This document shows, piece after piece, positions 12,803-32,352 of a stretch of DNA of 64,000 bases (position 1 is the stretch's first letter; each line of letters opens with the position of its first letter). The notes under the pieces were generated by a model that was not told where the DNA came from, searched no databases, and saw only the letters and a list, made by a program, of their open reading frames with translations. The position numbers and the translations under genes were made by a program. Source of the stretch: Chrysomallon squamiferum (lineage: Eukaryota > Animalia > Mollusca); the NCBI GenBank assembly GCA_012295275.1, contig CM022673.1, forward strand, positions 9,858,001-9,922,000. Direction: 5' to 3'.

Positions 12803-13516
12803 CAGTATACCCTCGCCTGTTCGCGGTTCCCCATTCGCGGCCCCGCATATTCGCGGGTTAGGCTCTTAACCCTATGGCATCGTATGCTGGTATACCAGGC
12901 GAGCGTCATAACGTCATAAAAACAAATGCTCGGTAAACCGCACAAACAATATCAAATTTTTTCAATTATTATTCCAATACAGTACGTATTTTTTTTATAA
13001 ATGCATACACTGTATGTACAGTGCATATTTTTTGTGACCGTGTATTAATAATGTTTTTAATTGCATATTATTACTGAATTGTATTATTATTACCTGAACT
13101 GTGCGTACTGTATTTATCTGTCTGTTTGCCTTTAAATTTGTTCCACTTCCTGTCAATTGTTGTACGCATACAAAATGACTTTACGGTACAGTAATACAGT
13201 ATGGGTAACTATGCTATGCGGTGTTACTGTCCTCCTGTACTTACGTTTCTTTCTGATTAAAATATTGTTTCAGTACAAAATTAAAATGTGTTTACATTAT
13301 CATTACTACATTAGTGAAATACATAACTGCATGCAATATTACTACATTATTACTGTATTAATGAGTAAGAGTGTCTTTAGAAAGTGTTTGGGAAGCATTT
13401 AGTACCGTATATAATCTCATAATAGACGTTTTAAAACTGCATCCAATATTCGCGGTTTTTCGCTATTCGCGGGGGGGGTAAAGAACGTAACCCCCGCGAA
13501 TAGCGAGGGAATACTG
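12803..13516. mobile_element. Non-autonomous Tc1/mariner-superfamily (Tigger/pogo-like) DNA transposon (MITE)
   Basis: TIRs CAGTATACCCTCGCCTGTTCGCGG and CCGCGAATAGCGAGGGAATACTG, TA on both sides, subterminal ATTCGCGG repeats, no transposase ORF. Confidence 0.85.
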
Positions 13517-14959
13517 TATATACACACATACTCACAGGTAGTGTGTATATATAGATATTTAACAGTTATATATAGAAATTACAAGTACAAATAATGTACA
13601 CAGATTAGTATTTTTAGACTATGATAGACAAATTTAAGTACTGTGTCAACTATACTTAAACTTCTACCATAAATTTCAAGGTTAGTAATTCAATTATTTA
13701 AAATAAAATTCTTGTTGCCTTTTACAACATTTCAGCATTTGGCTAAACATAATTTTAATGAAAAAATAAATTCAATGGGTTAGTTTTCTTGATTAGCAAC
13801 AAGAGATTGTTTTAACACACCTTCACATAGACAGGAAAAAGTGTATTGCAGTTTACGAATAACCAAATGTAATGCAGCAGATGAGACGGTAAAAACTCGT
13901 ATGGGAAAGTCTCATCTCGCGACCTTTGACCTAAAATCCCGCGTTGTCAAGGCACTGAAAATCTGGAATGTTATAAAGGAAAAGCTGCCGATGTAACTTA
14001 GAGCTCGACTGTATTTTTTTATTCATCAGTAATTTTAATTTCATTATTAAAACGATTTATTAAAGATACTGTAAGAAAGCATATTACCATTCATCAGTGC
14101 ATTTTTGCTTGTTCATTTTGAACAGACAGTGAAGATTATACCATGTTTAATACACCAAACGTAGAGCACTGTCCGGAACGTGAAATAATTCGTTGGATGT
14201 ATTGACTCAAAACTGATACAGCAGCCACTATCTACGCAGACAAACACTTTATATTAAACTGCACTAAATATAAAATATTTATTCTAAATGTGATGTTTTT
14301 AATTTATAGTTAACGAAAATAACTTCCAACGAAAAAAGGTAATAATAAATTATCCATTTATTATAGACAATAACAACAACAACAAAAACCAAACAGAAAC
14401 GCTCGTAAAATAATTCTTTTTATTGCATTGTCATACAAAGTAGGTTAAAAATATATTTACAGTAGTATAAAAGATTAATGCATAGATATATCAAACCGAT
14501 TACAAATGTATCATTAAAATATACATAATTGTGATTTTAAAAAAGAATTATAATAATAAAATCAATTTGTATAAAAAGTATTTTCCTAATCTCTAGACAA
14601 ATATATTTTAACAAAAATATTAGTGTGAAAAAAATTGAATGTATGATTACACATTAGCTCAGTCTTTCGTGATCGTTTTTGAAAACGATCGAAAAATCTA
14701 TCAAGTTATTTCCCTTTAATTGTGATTTCGCGTAGATTTGTGCTTGCAAAGAGACGAACCAAACAATAATGTATGTTGTTTTTAAACCAGCGATTACTAA
14801 CATTAACAGGATGAATATCACATGCATACATTTTAGAAATTTACTTTCATTTACCCTGTTTCGTAATTTCTACCCGAAATTTGGCATTATGTTCTGTTTT
14901 CAAATCATTCGGAATATTATATAAATATAACATAAATATTATCGTCTTCATTATTATTG

Positions 14960-15014
<55 letters not shown>

Positions 15015-15760
15015 CATTATAAAAAATATTTTAACTTTGTCAGTTATACAAAATAAAACTGTTTCCTGAATTCTTTTTAATATAATTATTTTACAGAAAC
15101 AAAAAGTGATTTTTTAAAAGAGAGAAAAAAAATGTATTCGATTTTAAGAGATTTAGAAGAAGCGTTTGATCAACTGATGAATTCTTTTCTAAATGTTAAA
15201 CCACGTGCGTGATCCGATAGTGAAATATGTGTTTAAAAATGATGTAAATGATTTGAACTGATGACGTTGTTTCGATTTGGGATCGTTGTTTTTAGCTTTC
15301 ATAGAAGACACTGTCCTATGCAACATATATCTCGTCACTTATATATATATATAAATCGCACCAAACAATCTAATATATTTTTGATGACGTCAGTTGGGTT
15401 GGTCGTGTGTTTGTTTTGGTGGGGTTTAACTAAAACATTCAAATATTAATTAATAAGTAGAATATAACTTGTGTTTATCTTTTCTGTTAATGAACTGTAG
15501 CAACCTATGTCACTAGCATGCAATCAAGAGCTTTCTTGAAAACCAGTTCTATTAATACTAAAAGATGTCTTATCAAATATTTGATAGTTTAACTGTTATC
15601 AATTAAAAGGTTTTTTTTTATTTTAAATTATACATTAACCAATTCTTTCCAGTATTTCTTCACAGTGTAGGTGATATGTAAAGATAAACTTATTTGCATT
15701 GTATACGACACATGAAATGTACAAAAATGAGATGATTATCATTGCCTCTATTCCGCCCCT

Positions 15761-19905
<4,145 letters not shown>

Positions 19906-20867
19906 CGTGTCCCCTCGATAGAAAAATACCTGAACACAGGTGAAAACGATACTATTAACGAGAAAGCTAACAGAGGATAGCGAATATAACCGATAATAAA
20001 TAACTGACTTAGGTCTAATGGTCATCTGTGTTATTTTTAACACAGCTCTGCGTTAAAAGACAAAAACTATTCAGTTAGTTGAAGAATAGATATAAAAGCA
20101 AAGCAGTTAAATCAAATTCGTTAAATACGATTTGTTGAGTAGATAATATTATAAAGTTCTGTCTTCCGGTAAAATCTGTCATGCGAAGCCGTGTCCGACA
20201 TTCATCATAAGTGACTGTTTAAGGAAATAAAAGTGTCAGGGAAAAAAGTAAAAGATGAATAGAAAAAAAACAGAATTGTCTGATGACTTAATAATAATAA
20301 TAATAATTATAATAATAATAATAATAATAATAATAAATTATAATAACAGTAATTATAATAAATAATAAATAAATAATAAATATCAATTATAAACAAAAAG
20401 GTTATTGTTTTGAAACTGCAGAACGCACGTACGAATGTACATTTTCAGCTCGCAAACAAAACTAATTTAACATTTGATATAAAAGTATTTATTACAATAC
20501 ATCATTGTAAGAAAAACGTACTTGTGATGCTGTTTTATAAAGTTTATAAACTATGTACATTGTTTTTTTGGGGGCACAATAAAATGAAATAAAACGATGA
20601 ATAATAAGAAAAATGTACGAAGCTGTGTCTCTAGATTTTACAAAATTTGAAGTCTCTTCTTTTATAGCACTGAGACATTCTACCTACTAGAACATGAGAG
20701 TCCATAAAATACGCACGCATACAAAACTGATATCAGTTTTTTTTTAAATTTCCCTGTTACAAAGATATTTTCCGTGAATACTTGGACTGCAGACCCTTTA
20801 TACCTATAATTAAAAAAATAGATGACATAAAATCTTAATATTTCGTAATTTTTAAAGTGATCTTCCG

Positions 20868-20920
<53 letters not shown>

Positions 20921-22541
20921 CTCTCTCTCTCTCTAATTCATTCTTAATTATAAAATCCTTAATTCTTTTTTTCAATCATAATTTCTGAAAGAATTGGTTT
21001 GATTACGTTTAACTGCAGTTAAAATTTGTATTTTAAATTGTAATTTTTGATATTTCACCTTTTTCTTCTGTATGCATGCGCAGTTTAAGGTTGCCCCAAG
21101 TCTAAACAAAAATTAGCATCAACAGAGACAAGCTTTAGCTCAGTACATGGATCAATATGATAAACGCGAACATGGAAACGAATGATATAACAAATACGAA
21201 AAGCAACAAAAAAATCTTAATGTAACTTTGTTACAGACGTATTATTAATATAAGCTAAACATGCTTTGAAAAACAACTCAAAATGTCAAAGCTTATGCTT
21301 TAGAAAATAAAATGATAAAACTGTGTAAACAAAATCAATTAAATTTTCACTGAAGTCAGGATTCTGACATTAACTTAAATCGGTTAAACAATCAAGTTTT
21401 GGTCATTATTGTAATATAATAGTTACAATATTGTTTTTGGTAAACAGTTGATGTGTTTTTGAACATCGAGTCTACATCATGGTTATTAATACGAAAAATA
21501 ATAGACTGGCCAGTACAATGAATTTGGATTCATCATTTCATAATACTTTCTCCTGGTCATTATTTCAAAATGGTTTCTTAATAAGAAAGTATTTACATGA
21601 TTTAACATTTTATTAAATATGTTTCATACTATTATGTACCCCAGAATTGAAAGTCACTTCCCGCTATTGTTTCTGTATATTCTATTTTAGCTGTATTAGT
21701 GATAGTAATATTAGTACCATTGTGTTTCTGAAAATCAGCAGCTGGAAGACATCGAACTGGACGGATCTATGATTTTACTTTGTTTGTTCATACCTAAGCA
21801 AATATTCTTTTAAATGTTTTTATATTCTTTTAAAAGGAGTTATAAATTTGTATTTAACAATACAGAAATGTTGTTAAAATTTGGGACACGACTGGTCAGA
21901 TTTTCTTTTTGTTAATTCTTTATTATGTTTTACCCCTAAGGCCTTTAAACCAAAACAGTGTTTACAAATAAAAGTGCATCGAATTAATACAGTTAATTAT
22001 ATTAATTGTGTATCCACAGAAGTATCTTTCACATAAGTAAAACATCCATGAGATCTACAGAACTTCGATTTGACGAATTAAACCGATATTTGTAATTCAT
22101 GTTATGTTTTCCTTTCCTTGTTTCTTTCATCTCTTTACGTTTTCCTTTCCTTGTTTCGAAACAGCTCTTACTTAGTACGTATATATATATATATATGAAG
22201 ACACATCAACGATGTAAATATTATTCCTTCCAATTTAATTATTATCAGATTCAGATAATTTTTAATAACCACAGATCCATCATTCGCAGCTCTTGTGCTG
22301 GTTTTTTTTTTTTTTTTTTTTTTTTCTTAGAGGTAGTTTAACTAATTCCTAATTCATCTGCTGAACCAGTTCTTTATTTATTACCGCTTTAATTTGATCA
22401 GCGATCAGCATCTATGAAATCCGAGGTGTTTTCCAGTATGATCCGTCACTGAATACAGAAACAACACAAACTTGCTGTTGTCATGATTTTGATTTATAAA
22501 AAAATATAGATGTTCACGGTTAAGAGCGGTCGTTCTTGAAG

Positions 22542-23241
22542 TTAGTTTGTGAACGTGACGAACGCAATTAAACAAGCCACCACCGTTGTTAGAGAGATGA
22601 ACAGATTCCCTGAGCCATTGCATTTGTCGCTGTAACAGTAACACCTTTCTGTGTAGCCGCCATTACTGCGCTGCAGGTAGCAGCCTTCTTCTTTGTAAAT
22701 AGCAGACGACACATCCAGGATACAGTACCGTGACGTCACTTCCGAAACTGTGAAAAATTAAATTTTTATTAAAATTTATTTTGGGATAAAGTGTTAGTGT
22801 TTGTGTGTATGTGTGAGAAAGAAATAGAAATATTTAAAAAAAGAAAAAAAAAAAAAAAAAGAAATTGAAGTTCACTTTTCTGTCAGTTTTAGACTCGTTT
22901 TTTCCTCTATTAGTACACACCACACATAATTATTCCATTTCACTGTTGTTTTATTTATGAATTCCTTTCATTAGTATGTAACTATCCCTTATAAAGTATG
23001 GTCATGCTTCTAAATTAATACAGCAAGAGCCTCCTACACGACCAACTAACACACGAACAGTAGTGTCAAGGGAGATAACTTTTGGTGGACTACTTACATT
23101 TCTCATCGCCCCATCTGTCGTGCATTCGAACTTTTGTTCTCGTTTTCAAACAGGCGTAGCAGTTGGTCATGAAACTCGGGTTGTCACACGTGTTGGTCGT
23201 GCCTCGCACAAAAACATTGCACTGAAGACACTCAATACCAG
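22542..23241 (-). CDS. Second Ly6/uPAR (three-finger) GPI-anchored protein, quiver/sleepless-like; 5' exon(s) not identified
   Basis: Exons 23241-23098 (GIECLQCNVFVRGTTNTCDNPSFMTNCYACLKTRTKVRMHDRWGDEK) and 22747-22542 (FSEVTSRYCILDVSSAIYKEEGCYLQRSNGGYTERCYCYSDKCNGSGNLFISLTTVVACLIAFVTFTN*). Ten Cys, CN motif, hydrophobic tail, same intron phases as the neighbouring paralogue. Confidence 0.88.
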
Positions 23242-23541
23242 CTACAACAAAAAAAAAAAAGCATTAGTTACTGTTATTATTTTTTACCAAAAAACCCCCA
23301 AATAAAAATAATTCTAATTATTAAAGTTATATGGCAGTGCAAGGTAAAAGAATTTCCCATATATTAAAAAATGATTTTCGGATAAACACAGATTGTATCT
23401 AATTCCTGTTATGGCATTATTATGATTTGCGTCCATACGGATATGATGATAAAAAAAAAAAATGGTATCCTTTTCAGAATTAAAAAAAAAATAATAAAAA
23501 AAAAAAAAAAAAAAATATATATATATAAAAAAAAAAAAAAA

Positions 23542-23579
<38 letters not shown>

Positions 23580-23639
23580 AAATAGAACGAGAAAAAAAAA
23601 TAAAAAAGGAACAGCTGAAAATAGAGGGTATTCTTCTGC

Positions 23640-23825
23640 ATTACCAGCAAAGTGTATCCTTTATGTACCATTACCCGACACAGAAGACGATAAGTGTACA
23701 TTCTTTCTAAGACAGATGTGGATAACCGGTTGGAACGAGAATTAGCCCACTGACTGGCAGGATCTAATCCTAAATCAACTATCTGTACATTTCGCGAGCG
23801 CTTTACGACTGAGCTATGTACTGCT
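23640..23825 (-). mobile_element. Degenerate SINE-like repeat (tRNA-like head on - strand)
   Basis: Reverse strand has A-box-like TAGCTCAGTCGT. Similar decayed segments appear near 47200-47310, 50190-50310 and 53200-53320. Confidence 0.4.
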
Positions 23826-24216
23826 TCCTAGTTTTACTTGCAACCAGCCTTTCACTAAGCAAACATTCATCAGACTTTCTGGCTGGATATTTCATAATAT
23901 GCCCAGTCCCGCTTATCTAGCGTTCCTGTCCTTGGTTAGTCTGAAATCTTATCTAGCCTTTGTTGAACGTGCTAGTCGTGTCAGTCAATGACTCAGTATA
24001 ACTATTTTCTGTTTGTACTTCTTTATCTATTCTTATTCAAATAAGGCATGAGATAATATTCTTATTTTGAGGTGCATTACTCAGTTCTGCACCAACTCCA
24101 AGGCAGCCAGTCAGTCAATCTTGGAGTCACTGAGTTAAACTGATAGTGGTATCTTACTTGACATTTTGCAAGTTCATTTAAAACAAAGATCTTGCACAAA
24201 ACCTACTTTAATGTCG

Positions 24217-24324
<108 letters not shown>

Positions 24325-25125
24325 GATTACTTTTACGTCTGCTCATTCGACTGTCTCACTATTAATACTTATATATGATTGTTCATGTGTTCTATTCATA
24401 ACTCGAAAATCGTTTAACCAAAAAAAAAAAAAAAAAAAGAATAGTTATGTATTCAGGTATTCTGTACACGTATCTAATTCAAGTAACATTAACAATCATG
24501 AACGTTTTTAAATCCTTTATTGCTGAATGAAACGATGTCATTTTAAAATCTATTTTCTGCTGGCGTGACGTTAGCAAGTTCAGGCCGGATCAGTTTTCTA
24601 GCATAGTCGTAAAAAGCGTAGATAATCTAACAGGTACGCGGTGACGTCACGACCCTACTTAGTAAGGATAAAATGTCCAGAAATTCTAAATTTATTGTCA
24701 TACTTTATTATTTACAGCAACAGGTCGCCTAAAACAATAAAACAATGACTGTAAATATTAAAAAGATTACATAAATGCACTGCAAGGTAGATGTTATGGG
24801 GGGAAAAAAACACACCAAAAAACCCGTTATTGTAATATAATGAAAGGTAAAACAAAAACAACAAAAAAAGACAAAAATTCGACACGTATGACAATGACAA
24901 TAATCGTTTAGATTACATGTAACAGATTCGTTAGTATGACGCAGAGAGTACGTGTCACGTGCTCAGGATTTAACTTTGAATCTTATATCCTGTTTCAAGT
25001 TCAAGTACTAAAAGGTTGGCCGCTCGAGGTTTTTAAAACAAGATTTGACTAAACTAATCGAATAATCAAGGCAACTTCTCCTCAGTATTCCTTATCTTGT
25101 CCTGAGAAGTCCCACAATATCAGAG

Positions 25126-25212
<87 letters not shown>

Positions 25213-25219
25213 AATAATA

Positions 25220-25257
<38 letters not shown>

Positions 25258-26984
25258 AATAAAAGAAAATAGAAGACTCTCTCTCTTTTCTATGTGTGTG
25301 TGTGTGTGTTTGTGTATATATATGTACGTGAAACCTAATATCACTTACCAGATATTTTCTAATCTAGCAGTAAGTCTTAGAAGTGCATATAGCGTGAGTA
25401 AGTGGTACAAGCTTTGCCTGTAACTGCCTTGGGCGAACTGTAACCTTGTTTTCAGGTACTAAGACAGGTAATTCACAAATCTATTAGCAGAGCTAAACAC
25501 GTAGATTTAAATCCTTATCTTTTCTCGTTAACATACATTAACAGACACACATAAATATATACACACATACACACATACACACACATATACACACACATAC
25601 ACACACAGTGAGAGACACACTTACACTTTTTTCTTGTCATAAATATTTAAGAAATAAATCACAGCATTAACAGTTCACCACTAACCATCGGCCCTTTAAT
25701 AACTTTGACCTTAAAAGAAGAGACAGTTTTTGCATTATTCAACATTAAATCCCTATCTACGTTCTACAATGATCCACTGACCTGGAGACAAATTATTTTA
25801 TAATCAGCTTAATATTATAAGTTATACCCTGGACCTAGGCAAAGTGAACAATCACTTATCATTAAGTTATTAATGTTAATCTGTTCACGTTTCACGTTAT
25901 ATTAGTCATAGTAATGTTTAAACTAACCACCTCGCTTACTTATCATTTACTAAAGTATTTCTTTCTTTCTTTCTTTCTTTGATTGTTACATGATTCAGTT
26001 GTTTATTTGTTTGTTTTTCATTCATTCATTCACTGTTAACCTTTTTACTTATAAATTAAAAAAAAAAAAAAAAATCAGACAATATTTTTCTTTTTTTAAA
26101 AATGTTTTATTCTCATTATTCAAAAAAAATTAAAAAAAAAAAAAAAAAAAAAAATAAAGAAAAGAAAGATAGAAAGAAAGAAAAAGAAGAAAAAAGAAAA
26201 AAAAAAAAAAGAAAGAAATAATTAATGCCAAAAAATGCCATAGTTGTTCTGAAACACCTGTAACGGCTAATATTGTTCAACTGTTGATGTTATACTTCAT
26301 TACTGATTATAACTTGTCAGAAAAAGAATAAAAACACCCACGTGTGTTAACATGTATCTATGTTTTCGTATCATTTAATGTACTCTATTTAAATATCGCT
26401 ACTACTGTAATAGAATAGTTTTGTTGAAATGTTTTAATCGACCTGATATTGTTTCCGAGTAAAATAAGCATATTAGTTTTCTGTTAAGGTAAGAGGTGCG
26501 AGTACTCGGTATTCTTTACACATTTTTTTTTTTTTTTTTTTTCTTTTTTTTTTCTTTTTTTATTTTAACCACCCGGGGCCAAGGTAACGCAGTTTCAAAT
26601 TTTCGTTAAGTGTCTCAACAGGAAAAATGGTTTAGTCTTATCCAATCGTAACCCAGCAAACGTTTATAAAAGAAAAAAAAAAAAGATAAAAAAAGAAAAT
26701 AAAAGAAATACAATTAAGTCCAGGTCAGACGTATTTAGAAAGAAACACATTTATTTCTCCAGGAAAAGAAATGATCTTTGTTCTTACATAGCCGATGTCT
26801 GACGTAAATAAGACTATAAAGTTTCACCAAACAGACGTACACCTTACCCAGCTTTCACGTGACTTAGTTAATAACAGCATTTTGAATCTAAAATACCGTG
26901 AGACCTGTTTGAAATCCTTCTCAGGACATTTCAAAGTGAATATTCAATACAATGCGGCCTTTGCTAACATGGAGACATGAAGAG

Positions 26985-27016
<32 letters not shown>

Positions 27017-28040
27017 GTTTGTCTTCCCAACCGTGAATCACATAAAGATTTGTTAATGCCATGAATGCCTCTGTTCACGTAGGGATATTGAAACGGGTGT
27101 AGTATTCAAAACACAGTTGGGGTTCCCCGAATAAAAAATAATCCCAAGAAAAAAAGAAAAAGAAAAAAAAAAGAAAGGAAAAAGAAAAATTAAAAAGTTG
27201 AAAAACAGGTTTGTCATTATTAGTGATCTTCATATCGTGTTTTATATACGTTTGTATGTAGGTGTATGTAAGTTCTGTGTGCAAGTATGCATGTATTATG
27301 TATGAATGTATATAAATATATGTGTTCACTTATTTATTTGTTTGTTTGTTTGTTTGTTTGTTTGTTCGACCCAACTTTCTGCATAACAAGAACAAATTCT
27401 TAAAAACCCTATCACTGAAGGAATGTTGTTTTTGTGAAGTTTAGATTTGCATATCCACTTTGCAAACGGACACCATTAACTTTAAAATCTGTTCACAGCG
27501 AATGGAAACCATGCAAGATGACAAGACAATCAATCACACTCGAAGGACCAAAATATACAAGGTTAAAATATTTCTTATTTTGATTATGTTTACAAACTCT
27601 TGATTCATTCAACAACAAAAAAACACCCCAGAAAACCATAAAAAACCAACAAATCTAAACAAATGGATATTAGAAATGTTATATAGTGTAATAACGAATG
27701 TGTGAAATGATTTCAAAGTTATATATAAAAAAAAAAAAAATGTAAGCGAAATTGTGAGAGAAAGAGATCGAGAGAGAAAGAGAGGGGTAGAGAGAGAGAG
27801 AGAGAGAATTTCAGACAGAAAGACCGAAAGACACATAGACAGACAGATAGATTGAAAGACAGACAGGCAGGCAAGTATGGTGGCTCGTTAAACAGCTCAT
27901 TCTTCTATTTAATTCTGGATATCACCATATGCTACATTTTTATTTAATTCTGTTTCTTAAAACCATCACATACACAGGCAGCAATAATAATGTATATATA
28001 TAAATCTCTTTATTAATGCAGATAAGTTCATGGAAATAAA

Positions 28041-28710
28041 TTATACTACACCGAAAACGCACTCACATTTTACTGCACATTGCGTAACCGCGCAATGTCC
28101 TGCACATAAATCAGATAAGAAAACAGAAACAACATGTTTATGTCAAATGAAATTAACTGGAATTAGTAGCAAAGTCACGCGGGTGTGGTTTATTTGAAGA
28201 TGAGTTAAGTATGTTTAACAACAATTATTTATAGGTGCACTGTTTATTATGCTAATATTCTAGAAAAATTGTCTGCCATATAAAATCCTAATCATGTGTT
28301 AAAAATAATTTAGCGATCTTAAACTATCATTTAAATTAATTTTCTCTCTCTTTAGCTCTCTCTCAAAACACTTTTTAAAAATTATTTTACCTAAAATGTT
28401 CTTATAACCCATCAGAGTAATAAGAAATATAATGGGTTATAATAAATATTTTAAAAAATTTAAATAACAAAAATTTCTGCGAAAAAAAAAAAAAAGATAA
28501 ATAATTTGTTGTTGATAAAAATCCAACCCAGGAAACATTTAGAGCTGTACCTGTATACATATTACTGCAACCTATTAATGTTGGCATGAATTTGTAGCCA
28601 GTTTTATTGCGCTGACTGAAAGATAATAGCTACATCTATTAAAATAAATGCTACAAAAAAAAAAAAAAAAAATACAACAACAACAAGAAAACCTTCATCA
28701 TTCAAAACTG

Positions 28711-28748
<38 letters not shown>

Positions 28749-31700
28749 CATCTATAATTAATGAACCATACATTGCAAACTAATATTAATTAATCTGGAT
28801 ACAGCTAATGATAATCTATACACAGGCGGGTTTACCTTTGCAGTTAAACGTTTCCTTCGACCATTCTCCGGACGACAGACAGATGATTTCGGCTGGTCCG
28901 TTCTCCAGGGTGAAGCCAGGGTTGCACTCGTAGGTAACGGTGGCCCCTGTGTATCTATCCTCAGTGGACGTGGGTCTGGCATTTGGGATGAGCGTAGGGT
29001 GCGAACATCCCGGGGCTGCAGAATATGAAACGCAAAATAGTTTTGTGACGAAATAAAATATAACGTTATGTTAGATTTTGTTTTCTTTTTGTAAAAAAGG
29101 TATTTGTTTGTATTTACCTTTGTGATGGATAATTAAATAAATGAATGAATAAATGAATATAAGAATAAATGAGTGAATGAGTGAAAGGATAAATTAATGA
29201 ATCAGAAAGAAAACACATGATCACTACTTCGTTATCATTAGAAGTTTTCTTTGTTATCACATGAATCTGGATTCTGAGACCCAGTGTAGATGTTCAGTTA
29301 ATCCCATGTCCAAAGTGTCGGAAATCAGTTTATGGACATTTCAGATTATTAGCGTCTGATTTGTTTCCGATCTAGTAGGTTATAACGTAAATTAACCTAG
29401 ATACATGCAGTTTGGATTATTACTTTTCTGTATAAAGTTCTGAACATGCTGATATATAGTTATTAATATTTATGTTTAATGTGGATTCAGTAAAATCAAG
29501 AAAAATGGAATCATAACGGAATTTGTTGACGTTTTTTTTTTCTTTTTATTATTATGATACACCTCTTAACTTTTCTATCCTTGTAAATCAAAACATCTTC
29601 AGGCCAATTTTCTTTCTGAATCATCTAGAATGGTAAATGAGGCATCCCTAAAAATGGTTCAGTCATGTTCTTACAGCTCGTAGACAATTTATTTTATAAA
29701 AGCATACCATTGAAACTTCCGAACATTTTACAACGGGTCGGTGACAAGTGACTTAACAAACCCTAGAAACAATGTAATCAGTTTACTGTTCTCTGTATTC
29801 AGAATATGATTTAAAATAAGTTGTTATTATGCAGTCATTTAGATAATTTTTATTCATGTCTAAGCTGGTTTTATGGATATTATTCAGGAATATCCGAAGA
29901 TTCCAAACTGACCACAGTGTAATAATAATAGTTTTCAAAGAAAATAAACTTTAGATTTATGCATGATATCACGAATGTGTTATCAGTAAAACATTTCTTA
30001 GATTTATGCAGGACTTAATAACATCAGAAAGGGATTAATATTATAATATAAAATTCAGAAAATATTGATTATGGGTGGTTTTATTCAAGCACAGCATACA
30101 GGAAAACACTATGCTAGAAAGTTCACATTGTTATTTTTGATATGAATAAACTGTAGTTCATTGTTTTCATATAATAAACATAATTCATTCAACAAAATGC
30201 ACACTGAATCTGTACCACCAATTTAGTACCCAGTTTCGACATTATTATACGAAAATAACCGTGTTTATTTTAGGAACACATACACGATATGTTTTCATGC
30301 TATTAGTAAGTAGGTATGTACGTGTATGTGTGAGCTGCGGGGTGGGTGGGCGTATTTATATATAAATATGGGATATGTATAGAAGTACGTGCCTGTGTTT
30401 GTGTGTATGTATACATACGTATGTGAACGAGAGTGTGCGTGTGTGTAGAACCTATACTCGGTTGAGTTCAGTAACAATACAAACCTTTGCAATAAAAATT
30501 CACATCCGACCACTTGTCGTTTGCCTCGCACAAGATTACAGCTGGACCATCGACAAGTAGAAACCCGTCTATACACCGGTACGTCACCTTATTACCTGAC
30601 TGCTGGGGAATTGCATTGGGAACGAACGGTGGCCTAGGACAGGCATCTAGACGCAAAAAACGAAAACAAAATAATAAAAAAAAGAGTAATTAATTTTTTT
30701 TTAGTACATACCATGACAATATCGAAAGGGCATCTAAAAAGAACAATTCTAATATGGCTTGTGATAATAAAATTGTTTCGGGAACAAATAACAGAACACT
30801 TTTTAATCTATCCATTAGATATAAAATGATTAAAATGTATGTTTTTGATACAAATTTATTTCGAAAATTTGAATGCTTTTGTATTATTAATGATGACTGA
30901 CATATTTTTTTAAAGAGTTTATAAAATGGTAATATATTACACATATTATGGAATTCCAAATGATAATTCCCATTTGCCTGACGGTAACAAATAATTCTAT
31001 TTTTTCTATTTTCATACCACTGATATTTAGTTATTTCAGTTGCAGCCGGTGTCACATACAAGTAACTGACAACCGTCTGTAATTATAAACTCGCTTCTAA
31101 TTAATCTGCTTCCATAAATAACTGATTAAATATAAAGTTAATAGTCTTAGAGGGATTATTTAAACTGTATTTCCGATAGAAAAAAAAGATTTTAAAATGA
31201 AAAAAAAAAGAAAAAAAAAAACAGTGATGGGTTGTCATTTTTGCTTGAGGCCATACATTTTCTTTGATATTTTAAGAATGATAATGATCATATTTTTACA
31301 TAAATGATGTAAATTCCATTTTCATTACAACAGGTTAAGAGGCATATAAATAAATAAGCTAATTAATTAATCAATTAACAAAGGTTATTCATTGTACAGT
31401 GTTTCTCGACGTTTACCTTTTTTATTTTGAATGATAATAACTGACAAGATGATGATGACCGTAATTACAATAATTAACAATTTATAACGTAGCAGCAACA
31501 ACGGTAATAACAACAACAACAACAACAACGACAATGATAAAAAAATAAAAATAAATACGAAACAACTAAACAAGAAAAAAAAGAAGCATTTATTAAGTTG
31601 TAAACCTGGATTACTTAATGGTTAATGCTTAATAAAAGGTGCACGAGCCGTAACTATCTGACTTGCTGGACATGTGTTGCTGAAGTAACAACAAAAGCAG

Positions 31701-32079
31701 TCTGTACTTCCTCTTTATGGGACCGTGTACGTGAGAAAACGCTATGAAACCCGTGCGTGGTGGGCTCGGATATTTAGTCCGGCTTTGTGTTTGCCATGGT
31801 TCTGTTTGAATAAGCCAAAGGTATGCGTTCCCTCACACTCCATGGAGAGCTGGTAAAGTCCTTGAACGCAGACCGTCCCCGCCTGGTAGTATTTAACAAA
31901 TGTTCGATGACTCACACTGCGAGTAACGTGTAATCATGGCTGCGATTATCTTTTAAGGGTTGATTCCCTGCTTGGTAAAATATTATATTAAAAGTAAAGT
32001 AATAAAAATAAAGTCTTAGATTTATTTATTTATTTATTTATTTATTGTTGTTGTGTTATCGTTATTATTATTATTGTTG

Positions 32080-32158
<79 letters not shown>

Positions 32159-32284
32159 TAATGTTAATGTTGTTGTTGTTGTTTGGTTCAACGAAATGCA
32201 AAGTATTTTGCAGAGTTTTATATGTTAAATTTACTTTCAGAACAAAACATACAATATTTTGAAGTGTTTATTTATTTATTTATT

Positions 32285-32352
<68 letters not shown>

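Noticed and set aside
25347-25460. Signal-peptide exon for the second Ly6 gene
   Set aside because: It has a good donor (CTG|GTAAGT), but the required phase-1 frame contains stops; at most a non-coding 5' exon.
28758-28982. 74-aa ORF MPDPRPLR...
   Set aside because: Off-frame reading of the Sushi exon 28836-29015.
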